Assembly: GCA_047495785.1 (NCBI GenBank)
Contig: JBLDXI010000021.1
Location: 2,294,001 to 2,358,000 of the forward strand
Length of the DNA: 64,000 nt
From: Lepidodermella squamata
Taxonomy: Eukaryota; Animalia; Gastrotricha
Direction: 5' to 3'
The position numbers were made by a program, and so were the translations under genes. Of this stretch, positions 13,855 through 27,700 are shown piece after piece. Under the pieces are notes generated by a model. The model worked only from the letters and a program-made list of their open reading frames with translations, searched no databases and was not told the origin of the DNA. Each line of letters opens with the position of its first letter. Position 1 is the stretch's first letter.

Positions 13855-15246
13855 ATGCGGCAACAGTATGTGGCAGTCGTATCAATATTGGTAAAACGAG
13901 GAGAAGTTCCGCCCCCTTTTTTACGTTGAATTCAAATATGTTCCAGATTTTCGCGATTAAAATTGAAAGAATTGTGGCCGCAGGCTCTGTCGGAGACAAA
14001 TGCTATCAAGTCAACGATTGCACGGCCAAATACAGCATATGCAAAATTTTGTCACCATCTTGTGGCTCTGGAACATGCAGCTGCAGTCCTGGGGTGAGGA
14101 AACCTTGAGGAAACATGGAAATAAGCTAATACAGACCATTCACAAAATTTTCCCATGTCTAGTATCAACTTGGCACTGACGGAAATTGCAAGAGAAGTAA
14201 TTTATCAGTTCTAATCTAACCTGAAAATCTAGTTCGTGATGTCATTTTTAGTGGTTTACGTTGGATCGGCGTGCAGCAATACGAACGATGTCTGCGCTGC
14301 TGACAACAGCTTTTGCCAAAGCGGAGTTTGCACATGCAGCCAAGGTTACACCCAGGGCTTGCGAACCACAGACTGCGTTAGTTGGCAAAAATCTGGCCGG
14401 TATGGATCGTCCTGCGTAGATTCTACAACGTGCTACTATGGACTGGTAAGGAATTTTAGCGTAGAACTTGGCAAATTTACCCAAGGATACGACTATATAA
14501 TATTATAGCAATGCTTGAGTGGAACCTGTCAGTGCGGAACTGGGCAAAAATCTGTCAACGATTACACCTGTACACCTCGTAAGTTTAAGAAAAAATTGCA
14601 TAATTTTAATTTTAATTACTGCTGCAACTAAGGAATTCTCAACGATCAATGTACGACGAAGTAAGGGAATCTTGTCATAATTTTACCTGTCTATTATACC
14701 TGGTTTGATACCTATTTTAAAGTGACGATTGTTCCTTAACCCCTAATGCTGTTTGCTCAAATGGAGTATGCTCCTGCCAAGGTGGCTATCGATTTGTCAC
14801 ATACATGGCATCTGCAGCCACGCCTCAGAAGCTCTCATACGCTTGCATTCCGAACATCGGTTAGTTTAGTTTTATAAGCTTCAGATCAAGGTTCAAATAT
14901 AAAAATGACAGAAAGCCTGAAAGTGGAGGGTGCCCAGTGCAGCAATACAATCGGCGCATCGGGAACTCAAGTCTGCCTGAAGCCTTACGTCTGCTATAAA
15001 TGCGACAATTCCGGCTACAGCGTTTGCGGCCGTAAATTCTTATTTTTGTTTCAATTTCAAATGTAGTGATCGCTTATTTTTCCAGGCATCGTTCCATTCC
15101 TACTCGACAACAGCACGAGTTATATAGTATCAGCAAATAATGCTAATTCGAAATCGATTAACCCGTTGTTGGCATTAAGCTTCTGCCTCATCTTTATGTC
15201 GACTTATTTCGCGGAAAGTATCATCAAGAAGGTTGCTGGCAGTTAA
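13855..15246 (+). CDS. Cys-rich EB/EGF-like module protein, paralog 3 (9 exons: 13855-13890, 13948-14093, 14163-14196, 14252-14445, 14509-14578, 14633-14660, 14723-14859, 14912-15031, 15086-15246)
   Basis: MRQQYVAVVSIL|IFAIKIERIVAA signal; CKILSPSCGSGTCSC matches paralog 1; eight GT-AG introns keep frame; hydrophobic C-terminal segment LLALSFCLIFMSTYFA. Confidence 0.82.
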
Positions 15247-17678
15247 GCCAAAGACTGCCGTTTAGATATTAGCATCACTGACGACAATAATGAATAACAA
15301 GCAATAAAATTTGTAGCTGATGTAAATCACTTCTAACAAGTTTTTGCAGCAGACCCACGCAACACATTGCTCACCTGTAAGCGTAAAGCAAAAACAGGGA
15401 TCAGGAGTTTTTTCTCGATTCATTACTTTTTTCTATTCTTTACAAGCAGACTGCCCACATTTCACGTTTTTAATATGATTACGGCAGCTAATCGTACGTG
15501 TTTGTTGTTGTTGTTTGGTTGCGTTGCGCGTTTAATTATTTGACGCAAAAAAAATTGACGCCTTCGTTACACGATGCGATGAGTGTAACAGCAGTGTTGC
15601 TGGGTGGTGTCAAGAAACCGCCATTTCACTACTGAAGTTAGCACACATACACGAGTGCCGTGGGCTGAGCGTGGTTCCTAATTGCTGATAATATCATGAC
15701 GACAAAATAAGCCATTCGCCACCTCTATGGTATTACTGCTCTACAGTAGCTCAGGCGAAAAATTTCTGCGCGCAAATGAAACAGCCTGAAAATTTTCGTA
15801 CGTTCAATAAAAATGTGTAGTTCACGGCCGAAATTTCGCATTGCCCCTTTTCTACCAAAAAAACGTTCATTGATCAAACACAGCAGGTTCGGAACCTCGC
15901 GCTTGTTAGCGTAAATACACGCAAATGACAGAACAAACACTTTTTTGCAGGCGCCGTCGCGTTTTTTACGAACGTGCGCGCGTGTGTGTGAAGAAAACGC
16001 CGACAACGCCGAGGTCGTGGGAGGAGGCTGGCGTAACCTTAACGGGATAGGTTCGCGTGGTCGTAGAAATGGCTCATTCACTACCTCGACAGCATCAACA
16101 GCAGCCTACTCAGCGGCGTAGTCATCGGTACCATCACAATGGTTGTTCTGCGATTGTTCAAGGTCACGCGCAATTCAACACCACCAGACGGCGTAATATT
16201 CGCGTGCATCTCTATTCCGAGCAGCGCGGAAGGCCCACAGTATTTAAAAATTAATTACATATTTCACAGCGCTGTTGTATCTCTCAACTCTACGCAGCTT
16301 GGTAAACAAATTGTTTGTTAATTTCATTATTTATTTTATAGAAAAAATTTGCATTTTTTTGAAAGCAATTAGCTCAACCTGTAGACTGTAGTTGTTTTTG
16401 TTGACTTTTTAAATAACTTTATTTAGATTGCACATTATTGCTGTTGATTGCTTAATAATTACGCGTGACAGGCGCGCGAAGAACTTGCGCTTGAAAGCCG
16501 TGATTAGAGCGGCGGCGTGGCTGTGTTAGGCAAGCCTAGGCGGTTTAAAGCTGACACGCGCGCAGCCTGAAACGCCACCGCTGTCACTGCGTTCGAAGGC
16601 GGTGGCTTGTTAATCTCGTTACTTTCACTCGCTGGTATAACATTACAGAAGAAGCGCGTAGGCCCAGTCGAGCTCGACCACTACATCGCATTTCCACGTT
16701 CAGTCGAGTAGAAATTCATCTCAGTTGTAAATTGCTCGACTTTCACCCGCTCACTCGAGCAGTTGTTGTTTTTTTCCCTACCTTCAATAACTACAATTCT
16801 AACGTGCTAGCATGGCTTTTCATCGATCGCTGTTTTATTAAGGTGGCTGGCTATTTTTGTAATTAATTTTGCGCGCACGCGCTCTCATCGCCCACGTGTG
16901 CGTGTCGCGCGCGTCGAGTGTCTCCGAGCGGTGGATCTCTGGTGTTTCTGGCGCATTCATTGTTTCGTAATCGGTGTATTTATGGTTGGGAAAATAATAA
17001 TGATAATATGTTAACGCAAGGCTCAAAATGCTTTGTTACCGCTTCTTCGTGCGAAGCGTTGTTGCTTCTGGCTTCCTGTATTTAGGCGCCTCCAAACAAG
17101 CACGCTGTTATGAGCGCAGGCAACGCAGGCACCATTCTCGGAATCGCGGCTGAAACCGCTATTATCGACTGTTGCATGGCACATTGAAGCGCTGCGGCGT
17201 GCTCGCTACTACTTCTCAGCAAGAAAGTGACCCGTTTCCGCGAGAGCCGAGATTTTCGGCGACAGGCCAGAGCTGGCGCCGGGTAAAATAACAGAGAGGC
17301 AGTAGTAGTTAGTAATTACCCCAAGCGAGACAATGGCGATTGGTGCCTGTCGTCAAGTTCCCCCAACAAAATAATGACCCGCTCGACCGTACGCGGCCGT
17401 GCGCGCGCGCAAACGCGCGCGAACAAAACGCTGTCGACTTATTCTGTGAGGTTATCAAGCGCGCTTCACCTTTTGTCCGGCTGTCCTGACAACGGCCGCG
17501 GCGCCGCGCGACGCATTGCTCAAGTTTATAATCTGTTTGAACAATCACCTCCGGAAATAATGCGCCACGGCCGCACAGCACCACCATCAATAACCACTGT
17601 TTTTCCATGCCAATTACTGTATAGGTTTTGATTACTCATCGTTTTTTACTACCAGTCAATCGCTATACAACTCTAATC

Positions 17679-18812
17679 ATGCGTTATTTCAAGGTAAGGT
17701 CACGCTTCGACGCGTCTCATTTGATCGTATTGACCTTGTTCCTTCTTCCGATCGCCTGTAGGCTCTCGTGCTGGCGGCCGTGTTGGGCTGCGCGGCAGCG
17801 GCTAACGTCGGCGACAAGTGTACCTCGAACAGCGCGTGCACGCCGGATAAGTCTTACTGTAAAATCGAATCGCCGTCGTGCGGCGCCGGCGTGTGCGCAT
17901 GCATCCCTGGCTATTCGCTCGACAGCGACGGCAAGTGCAAGCGATCGGTGACGATCGGCGCGCGATGCGCCAGCGGCGACATTTGCACGGCTGAAAACTC
18001 GGGCTGCTCGGGCGGCACGTGCCAGTGCAACCAAGGCTACAAGGTCGGCTTGAAGGGCACCGACTGCGTGTCGACGCTCAAGACCGAGCGTTACAACGGC
18101 AAGTGCTACGACTCGGTGCAGTGCTACTACAACATGGTCTGCCTTAACAACCAGTGCACGTGCTACACCGGATACAAGGTTGTCGGCGACTACCAGTGCC
18201 AAGAGCGTTAGTTCCCCGTTGATCTTCTTCAAATCTTCAACTTTTTTATCGTTTTTTTTTCATACTTAGGCGCCGTCGGTGATCAGTGCGCGAATGACGA
18301 CGATTGCTCGCGGACACCCAACACTGTTTGCTCGAACGGCGTTTGCGCGTGCCAGAGCGGCTACAAGCAGGTGCAATACATGCTTTCTTCCAGCAAGAAG
18401 ACCTTCGCTTGCATTCCCAATGGCGGTGAGTAATTTTTCATTACTGTATTTCTATCGCGAAGTTCGCGAACTTATTCCTTATCTGTAGTCTTGAGTTTGG
18501 CGAAATTGCAACATTTTTTTTTAATTTACAGAAAACCAAGTTGTTGAAGGTGGCGCCTGCAACACCACGATCAGCTCGTCGGGAACTAAGCTCTGCTCGC
18601 AACCGTTTATCTGCACCCAGTGCGACTCGACCACCAGCGGCAGCAAATGCGGACGTAAGTCATGCGTGGCCTCTTAGTTGAACCAGACAAGTTGATTGCT
18701 TGCTTTTTTTCTAGGTGTCCAACCTCTTTACTCGTCGGCCACCGTCAGTTCAGCGTCAGTCTTCTTGTCGACCCTACTGCTTGTCGTTTCGTCATTCGCC
18801 GTGCGCCGATAA
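17679..18812 (+). CDS. Cys-rich EB/EGF-like module protein, paralog 4; exons ~17679-17693, 17762-18206, 18270-18425, 18532-18654, 18715-18812
   Basis: MRYFK|ALVLAAVLGCAAAA signal; closest to paralog 1 (ERYNGKCYDSVQCYYNMVC); GPI-like end YSSATVSSASVFLSTLLLVVSSFAVRR*. Confidence 0.87.
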
Positions 18813-18946
18813 AGCGCGTCTGATCTAGAGCAAAAAGCTTACCCAACCCCAGTTGTTTATATTCCGACCGCAATTTATTACAAATTTTACGCGATATATT
18901 CGTATACCTAACGTCACTTAGCTGCGTGTTTAACTTTTATTCTTAA

Positions 18947-18980
18947 AACAACAACAACGACAACAACAACAACAACAACA
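18947..18980. repeat. (CAA)n microsatellite in the probable 3' UTR of paralog 4
   Basis: aacaacaacaacgacaacaacaacaacaacaaca. Confidence 0.85.
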
Positions 18981-20271
18981 TCAAGGTTTTGTAACATAAA
19001 TAGCCGTTTCCTCACTTATTCTTTTCTTTGCGCTATATTATCGTTTAGAAACGAACAATAAACTCACAGCCGCTGCGTCGCTGTGAAAAAGTGACATATC
19101 AAAAGGAGAATCATCATCAACCAAAAATGAGATTACTTATAAAAATGCGTGTATTATTCCAAAACGGCGCACGGGCATCAATTTTAATTCTAGTTGATTC
19201 TTATTATTTACGGATGAAGAAAGAAGGCGACGCATTTTGCCGCCGGCAACCTATATGTATGAGATAAACTGCGAAACATTAAAAAATGCCAGAAAGGGAT
19301 TTTCTGCCTGTTAAACCTGTAAAAAAATCGCGAGTTATCACACACACACCGCTGCTAGCCAGTTGTTGTTGTCATCTCTCGCCGCATTGTTCTCGGTCAT
19401 TTTCTCGCGTGTCATGTCAATTTAAATCACCACCAACCAATCTATTTGTACAAATTCGTTGTATCGCCGCCGATTATTGCAATATTAAAAATATCGAAAT
19501 CGGGCCATTCATCATCATAGCTTAACATTTGCTGCCCTAAAACGTCGTACGATGAGTTCAAAGCCGACAATTATTAATAAAATGCGCAATCTGAGGAGAA
19601 GGATGACGTCGACCATACCCCGACTTGCTATTCAACGGCTGTTTAGTTGTAAAGTCAGTCCCAACCATATCTAGGAATTGGGACTTCCTTATTATTCGTC
19701 AAAATGGAACGCTGCTGTCTCATAAACGTGTTTTAATACCTAAAATTCCCGACATATTATTACTTGGAAATAATGATATTCGAGAAGCATTTGTCAATAA
19801 AATGATGACAAACTCGAGTCTTTGGACATTGAGGGTGAAGCATGAGAGAAGGCAGAATAAGCCGTGCTAGGACTTGCAAGTCATAATCACTAATCACTAT
19901 ACCACATTTCTTTCCTATGTTTGATTTGCAGAACGAGATTCCTGAAATCCTGACTGTAACTAAGCAGGTTCCTGACCAGCTTCAAGGTTCCTGACTCGAA
20001 CTAATGTCGAGGGGCTGGCTGGAGACTTACCGGTCTTTGAAGCTTGAGTAATCCTAGCTTTTTTACTAGCATAGGGGTACTGTGTTAACTTCGTGACTAC
20101 ATACTGGTAGATTTGAGTCATCTTTCGCCGGTTGCTACTACAGTACTTGGGAAGAAAGTGGCTACACTTCGGTGCGCCGGTTTACCTGTGGTAATAAAGC
20201 CTCCTTGGGTTCATTTGTTTTTCGCCATCCGCCTCAAAGTTAAGCCACAGGTTTTCACTCAATTGTGAGAT

Positions 20272-21867
20272 ATGGCTGTTAACGCCTGCTACATCAAATT
20301 TCTTGGCTTAATATCCTTCAAATCAACGAGCAGAGTGCTCATCTTCCTAGTCACATTGATTACCCCTTCAATACAAGTAGTCACAGAATCTTATCAATAC
20401 GTCGGGCTTCCAATCGGAAGTGGATGCTATGCTAATACTGATTGCGTTAAAGTAAGAGCTTTTAACTGGTAAGTATTCCACAAGTTGATGATATACCAGC
20501 AGAATGCTTACTGCAAAATCGTCTCCCCAACTTGCGGAATGGGGCGTTGTTCCTGCATACCCGGCTTTGCATTGGACCCATTTGATGAAACCTGTAAAAG
20601 AGGTACCTTACTATCCTCGACTTAGGCTTGACTTAATCTGTGGGGCAAAGCCGTCAGGTTAGGTCAGCGATGCACGGCTAGCGATTATTGTGTCACCCCA
20701 GATGCTGGATGCTACAGCAACAGGTTCGGCTTTCCCGTCAACTAAATCAAGCAAACTGAACTTGTCTGGATTTAGAATTTGCTCCTGTAACCCGGGTTAT
20801 AAAAAGAGCCCTCGAGGTTCGATTTTTACCGATTTGATTGATTTCAATTTCAAGTCATCTCATTCTATAGCTCTTGAATGCGTTCCTGAACGACAAGCCG
20901 TGTTTTACGGCGATCTTTGCCGCAGCGATGACGAATGCTTTTACAACATGTTCTGTGAAGATGGCCGTTGTCAATGCGAGCTCGGTTATCGGCAGGATTT
21001 ACCGTATAAATGCGAGAAAAGTGAGCTTCACGCATGCGTGACTTTTGTAATAATTGTTGGCCTAATTAATAGTGGACATCGGCGATCCCTGCACAATGAC
21101 TGCTGAGTGCGAAGCGGCAATACCGAATGCGGCCTGTGTGGACGGGCGATGCAGATGCTCCAGCCGCCATAAACTTGTCAAATACATTCCATCTATCGAG
21201 GATTTGCTAAAACCAGCTAGAAACGCATGCATTCCTATTGAAGGTTGGCCTTTGTTCTTTCTTGAGCCATGAGCTTCCGCGAGTAAGGAGGTTGGAAAAT
21301 CATTACGGAAAATTTCCGGTATTCTAGATTGATCATATTTTTTAGAACGATCAATCTATGCAGACCAGCTATAGGGAAAATTAGAAAATCCATCGCGGAA
21401 AGGGAAAACTTTGTGTGAACAAGAGCTAATACTTATGAATCATCGCTGCATTTTTTTGCAAAGTGATGATTCATAATTTGTGCAAAAAGATCACATCAAG
21501 AAATTGAGAAAATGAAAGTTATACCAGTCAATAGCCAATTACAGCTTTCACGTATAATTTGCGAAAATTTGCAGGTTTTTCAAATAAGAATGAAAGATAC
21601 ACGAACTGTTTTAATTGCTGTGGATCAATTTTAGATCGATTACGAGGCGAGTCGTTGCGGTGTAACCATGAGCAATTGACTGAGATTTGCGCTGTACCGT
21701 TCGTCTGCATCGACTGCGGTTTCGGCAAGTACTGCGGCCGTGTTCCTGCACGAGTCCTCGCGTCAAGTGCCAGGACAAAACGATCGCCGACGCAAAGCAT
21801 TACCTTACTTATCATAACCGGAATCGCTATTGGTAGAAAACTATTAACGCTACAGTTTTTTCAATAA
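20272..21867 (+). CDS. Cys-rich EB/EGF-like module protein, paralog 5; exons ~20272-20451, ~20500-20602, 20651-20722, 20777-20816, 20871-21020, 21073-21243, 21634-21867
   Basis: Hydrophobic N-terminus, CKIVSPTCGMGRCSCIPG, DLCRSDDECFYNMFC, final CAVPFVCIDC module, hydrophobic tail ITLLIITGIAIG. Confidence 0.8.
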
Positions 21868-22714
21868 TTGAGAGTAAACTTACATTTTAATTACTCTATT
21901 AATTTTGTTGTTATTAACCAGTCGAGTTCCTCTCATCTCCGCCGCACAATTGGACGGGATGATATCTGACGAAGCTAGTCGCTTTTTTGCGGTGGAGCGC
22001 TATCTCATCCGTTGGCGTTGTAAATTTTTGCGCCGCTTTGTTTTTGACTCAAAGACGCTGTTTTTGCGCGATGACTCAATAAAATACTGCGACTTATTCG
22101 TTAAGCGATATACATAGCGGCAATAGTGTCATCCACCAGTGTAGCTAAACGAAGCTTCACTCTAATAGCTGTTTTGCGGCGAAATAATTGCAACACCTTG
22201 TCGTTTGCAACGAGGTACCATCGTGCGTTTTTTGCGTTTTATTCACGGCGCAGGCGAAATTCAACGGTTGTCTAGGCGCGAATTTGAGCGAGTCTATACG
22301 ATTTACACGCTGCTGACGGCAGCTTTATTTCATCACATCGACGACACCTATTGCGCTGCTATGAACATTTGTGCGAGCTTTTTCAGGCGGCGCCAACCAG
22401 GCGCTAAACTTTGCTTCACGAGCCGGGCGGTTTATCAACTGGTAAGTACTAAGAATGCTTAATTTCAACCTATTTTATGACGGTACCAGGCACAACTTTT
22501 TAACCATCGTCCTCTAATCTCTACTTATAAGTAACATAAAAAGCGATGGGTTTCACTTGATTTTAGGTTTCCAACGTTTGAAGTACGGCGTCAAAATCGT
22601 TCTTTTATTCACAACAGTGATTATTAACAGTTTCGATTTTGAATGAGAAATCACAGCTAATATGGAATATATATTGCCATCGGATTAATAACTGTCTATT
22701 AACGTGGACAGGCT

Positions 22715-24757
22715 ATGATTTGGATCACGTGCTCAGTTGCGTTTTTTCTCGCCGCAGCCGGGCAAGGTCACGATTTGGGAACACCCTGTACAGCAAATAA
22801 CCAATGTCTGCCAGCCTATTCGTATTGCAACATCGTCTCGCCATCGTGCGGCAAGGGCGTGTGCCAGTGCCAACCGGGTTACGCTGCTGATGATAAAGGA
22901 AAATGCAGGAGAAGTGAGGATATAATACCCGTTTTATAGCCGTTTTCTATAATTTTGAAACTGATTGGTTATATTAGGAGCTGCTATTGGGGATGAATGT
23001 CGGCCGGAAAGCGATGACTGCGCTGCGGAGAATTCGGAGTGTTATCAGGGCCACTGCAGATGTCAGAAGAACTTCGTCCTGGGGCCCAATGGACGTGATT
23101 GTGTCTCATCAAAGATGACGCGGAAATTCGGGCAGCTCTGCTACGACGACCTGCAGTGTTACTTCAACATGGTTTGCGACATTAACCGATGCGGCTGCGC
23201 TGATGGCAGCTACCTGCCTGAATCTGACTATCGATGCCGGAAACGTGAGAATATTATACAATGCCTTTGGACTATGAGGTATACCATGTAGCTTTCAACG
23301 TTAAATAGGAGATGTTGGCGACAAATGTGTAGTCAGCAACGACTGCGTCCATGCTGTCAATACCGTCTGCAGCAACAGCCGATGCGAGTGCATTGCGAAG
23401 CATAAAAAGATCCGTTACATGGCCGAGTTCAATCGGGTAACCTTTGCCTGCATACCAGAAGAAGGTGAGACTGCCGATTTCCATCGTTTAACATCATTTG
23501 TATAATTCAAGTTATTAAGCTACTTTATTTATTCTTGAGCTTCAACGAATTCAAAAAAGTTGCACCTTACTTCTTATCACAGGGTGGTGGAGCATTCCCC
23601 AGATAAAAATGTTAACCTGTTGACCCAGAGTGTATGACCCAAAAACTTGTATAGCTGGCTATAATCCATGACTCATAGATTGCATTACTAGATTAACGAA
23701 GAAGATAGATATTTGTCGAATAGATGCTGAAGATTATTTATATATGAAGTATTTGCTATTTACGAAGAATTCTCAGACCTCTAGGGAAACCTGGAGCTGT
23801 ATAGCTGATTTGACCTTTCCCGAAACAGCGAGACCAATGACAGGAAGTGGCTTTGGAATATTTTGAACCTTATACAGATGGTTCCATCCATTTCCTTCGC
23901 GCCGTTTTGAAGCTATGTTTGGATATTTTTATGAAAATTCAGCGAATTTATCGGTACCGCGGCCTGCCACCACGAAATTACGGGAACCTCCAATTTAGGG
24001 TGTGCCAAGTATACACCACGACTTGAGAGTTCCAGCTCTCAAATTTAAGCACTAAATTTCCGAAAAATATGGTTTTTCAAGTTTGTCCTTTTTCTTATGA
24101 TCTCATTTAGGTATTTATTATCATGCCTAACCGATATTTAAGATCTCAACACTACTGTAGAGCCGATATCGATTAATTTTGCGGATTAATGAAGCCAGCA
24201 AAGAAAATTATTCATCATAGCTGGACCTTTCCTTGTCCTTCATTGGTCGCGAATTGAATTGGTATAGAGCGCTTAATTTCAGCGCTGGAACCTCAATTTT
24301 AGTGGCTAGAACCTTCCAATACTTCGATAACCGTCATATCTCAGATGTCTTCATCAGTTCCTTAATAGCTCCCAAGTCCCAGTTTTTTCTGGTCTGATTG
24401 CTAATTCTAGATATTATAAATATTGTTAATGAGTTGACCTGAATTGAATGTTTGAAGCTAATTTATCTATACTAATCTATTCCCAGCTATGCAAATCGCA
24501 GAGGGTCGACCTTGCAATCATTCGGACCCATTTCAAATATGCGTCCATCCGATGCTGTGCTCAAGCTGCGGGTCTCACAAGTCAAACATCTGCACACGTA
24601 AGGACTATTACCAATCTCCTGATCCCCATTTAATTATTTTCTTATAGGGCCTGTTCCGAAGCTATTAACTGTGGGCGAGTCGTCGACCCTAAGAGCTACT
24701 TGGAGGTTGATGGTTTCAGCGATAATCATCATGAATATATTTCTGAATCAGCTGTAA
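22715..24757 (+). CDS. Cys-rich EB/EGF-like module protein, paralog 6; exons ~22715-22913, 22978-23244, 23309-23464, 24487-24597, 24648-24757
   Basis: Signal MIWITCSVAFFLAAAGQG; CNIVSPSCGKGVCQC; CYDDLQCYFNMVC; ~1 kb intron before module 5; tail WRLMVSAIIIMNIFLNQL*. Confidence 0.82.
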
Positions 24758-27700
24758 AATGCCTGTAATAGCAGTGATCAAATTATATATTACCAATATT
24801 TATGTTTTTGCTATAACGATAAAACCTGTAAATTTCTGATTCATTTGTATGAGTTGATTAGTGTTGGAAAGAATTTGCTGAAATAAATTTGACACGCTAA
24901 AACATGATAATTCTGTGTTCTGTGTTGCCATAATTATAATGATGACCCATTTTGATGGGTCGCGCAGCATCCGAGTGTCATGTAATTAGTGCTAACATTC
25001 CGCCTCCGGTCAAGTAACGCGGCAAGGCGCCGACCGTATTTTTTTGTCCACGGAGTTCTGCAGTTGTTGCTATGATAATAATAATGATGATGAATAGGCA
25101 CTCGCCGAGTACGCTCTCAGGCAGTTTCTTATCGGCAGTAACAGTTTCTCAGTCTGGCACTGAGGCCATCGCTCGACCGCAAAGGCAGCGCAGTGCATTG
25201 GTGTTGGCACATGCGAGCGTATTTATAGCAGCTATACCTAGGCGTATGCGCGGCTTGGTGCATCAAGCGAGGCCTTCAATTTTCGTCATGCGCCGGCAAA
25301 ACAATGCTGCAAAGTGTCTGGCGACGTGAACCGACGTGAAGAAGCCTCGATGACTGCTGACTAATAGGCACCGCGAGCGCGCGTGTGGTGTAAAAACATA
25401 TCAATGGCTCTGACTTTAGTACTTAATTTGGTAATGGCAAAATATCTGACAAAGTTCATGACAAGGTGAGCTCGGAGAAAGACGTCCACTGCATGAGCAG
25501 TTAATAAGTACATCAGCAGTGCAACTCACCACACCACACGCGACGTGATAATGTACTACTCTTGCTGGCTTCTTTCTTATAGTGAATCTCAAGCTCGAAA
25601 GCATTCCTCGATGATGTTGAATACCGATGAGCTAGCTGTACCCTCGCATCACAGCGCTAGGCAATAAACCGCGTGCGGAAGCGGTATAATTGTCAGCATC
25701 CGAAATTCTGTCTAGAGCAGGCCTTAAAATTAATATGTTCACATAATCATCGCTTTAAACGACCCTCTTGCGGGCGCTTTTGCGGTTTCTTGGCTGATTT
25801 TAAAAATCGCCTGCGTGTCAACAAGTCACATTTGACAGGCTTTGTTTACCGTAAACAAAGCAATCAAATTTTGTTTTCGAAAACAGCGAGGCGAATTAAT
25901 TTTTAATTCCCAACTTTCAAGTTAATTGCTGTCAGTATGTATATAGCTTTTATCGAGATTTCCGACGAGATAATTTTGCGCGCAATTTGTAGCAATTTTT
26001 CCTTCTTCATTTTTTGTTGTGTTGAATTTTTTGTAACCAAACTAATTAGCGCTTTTTTAGCGGCGCGTAAACACACATTTTGTTTAATTTTGTTTGTATG
26101 TTTTTTTATTATTTGGTAATTAGGCCTAAAGCCGTTAGGTTTTTTATCGCAGAGGATGAAGGCTGCGGACTATTATCGCCGTCTCATTATACGCTGCTAG
26201 ATCATAGGCAGCTGGCTGGAGAGAGCCTTGACCTCGGAGAGCAGGCGCGCTCTGTGACTCGGATGAGGTGCCTGCGCTCGCTTTTAAAAAAAGTATAGTC
26301 AAAGGCTCTACAAACAAGAGATGCGCGCGCGGTCGAGTGCGCAAATAATGACCGGTTCTTGGCGCTGGCACCTATGTTGCTGCTGCTGCCGCGGCTCGCC
26401 GGTATCATCATCGTTTGTTTTTGCTCATGTCAAGGTGGTAAATGGCAAAATAATCATTTCAAAACACACACAACATCATTTTTGTGTGTTTATATGTGGG
26501 TATATATAAATTTTAACAGCAACAAAATTATCAAGGTGTTTTGCCTCTACTGCCTGTTGTTAGTATAGCGCGGGAGCTTTTCTTATGATGCTCATCTCGA
26601 CGCCAGGCATAAACATATACCTACCTACTATATACCGACGAGGCAATTGCTTCATTTTTGTTGGTTAAACGAGTGGCGCCCCTAGCGGAGAGTGATGATG
26701 ACTATAACAGAATAATACTTGATTACACCATGTTCTACTTGTTGCTGCCATCGTGATGAGCTGGCTGGGCTAATGGCCGTCGACCCGCCACCGCGCGAAT
26801 GTCGTCGAGCTAATGGCGCTTCATCATCGTCGTGCGCTCTCAACCTTTAGCCGCGAATCAGCAGTATCACTTTTTATTCGCCGATGAGTTATGAGCTATA
26901 GCAAATTTTAATAATGTAATACCTCCTATCATCTGCGGCCACGCCGTCGCTCGAGCACGCCAACTATATCATCATAATCGCCTGCCCATCGGCCTCGTCA
27001 TCATCATCAAAAGTAAAAAGAGCCAACCAAGCATGGATGCGCCTCTCGTGAACGTGATAGCTCATAGTATTTATCTATTAACTTAGACCAGCGCTATTCA
27101 AGCAATTACCTCGCTCTTGTTCGCCGGCTTTAGCAGTCAAGTTTTTCAGCACAAGCCGGCTCGTGCCGCTGCTGCTGTTGCTGCTCGTTGAATTTTATAC
27201 TGCATCAGCACATATCTCACCTGCGCGCGATATTTGTTCTGCCGCCGTGCCGCTGCCGCTGCTGGCTGAAGGCTGACAAGGCCGGACGCACGCGACGCGA
27301 CGCCCAGCTCGAACGCCATCGCCGCCACCGTCCACCGTGCGTGGCCATTGAGGCGGCGGCCAGGCCAGGGCGCTGCGACAACCAACTTGGAAGCCAACGA
27401 ACAATCACGCGTAGGTAATCACCATCGCCATGTGTAAGTATTGTCTTTTTAATAAACAAACATGCGCCTGTTTATGTTCATCACGTTATTATATGTATCA
27501 TCATCTATACGGCCGGGCGAGGCCAAGTTTAATCACCGCTCTCGTCGTCGTCGTTGAATCGCGCGCGCTCGAGTGCGTGAGCGCCGATTATTACGTGAAT
27601 TATTATCTTTACGTGCCGTGTCTTGTGTGTCATCGTTTCAGTCATCATCCAACTACTACGTATATCTATTTTACGATCTCTGTATCGGCACACTTGACAA

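Noticed and set aside
23575-24420. Mobile element in the long intron of paralog 6
   Set aside because: Only short imperfect direct repeats (ggaacctc..aattt); no definable termini
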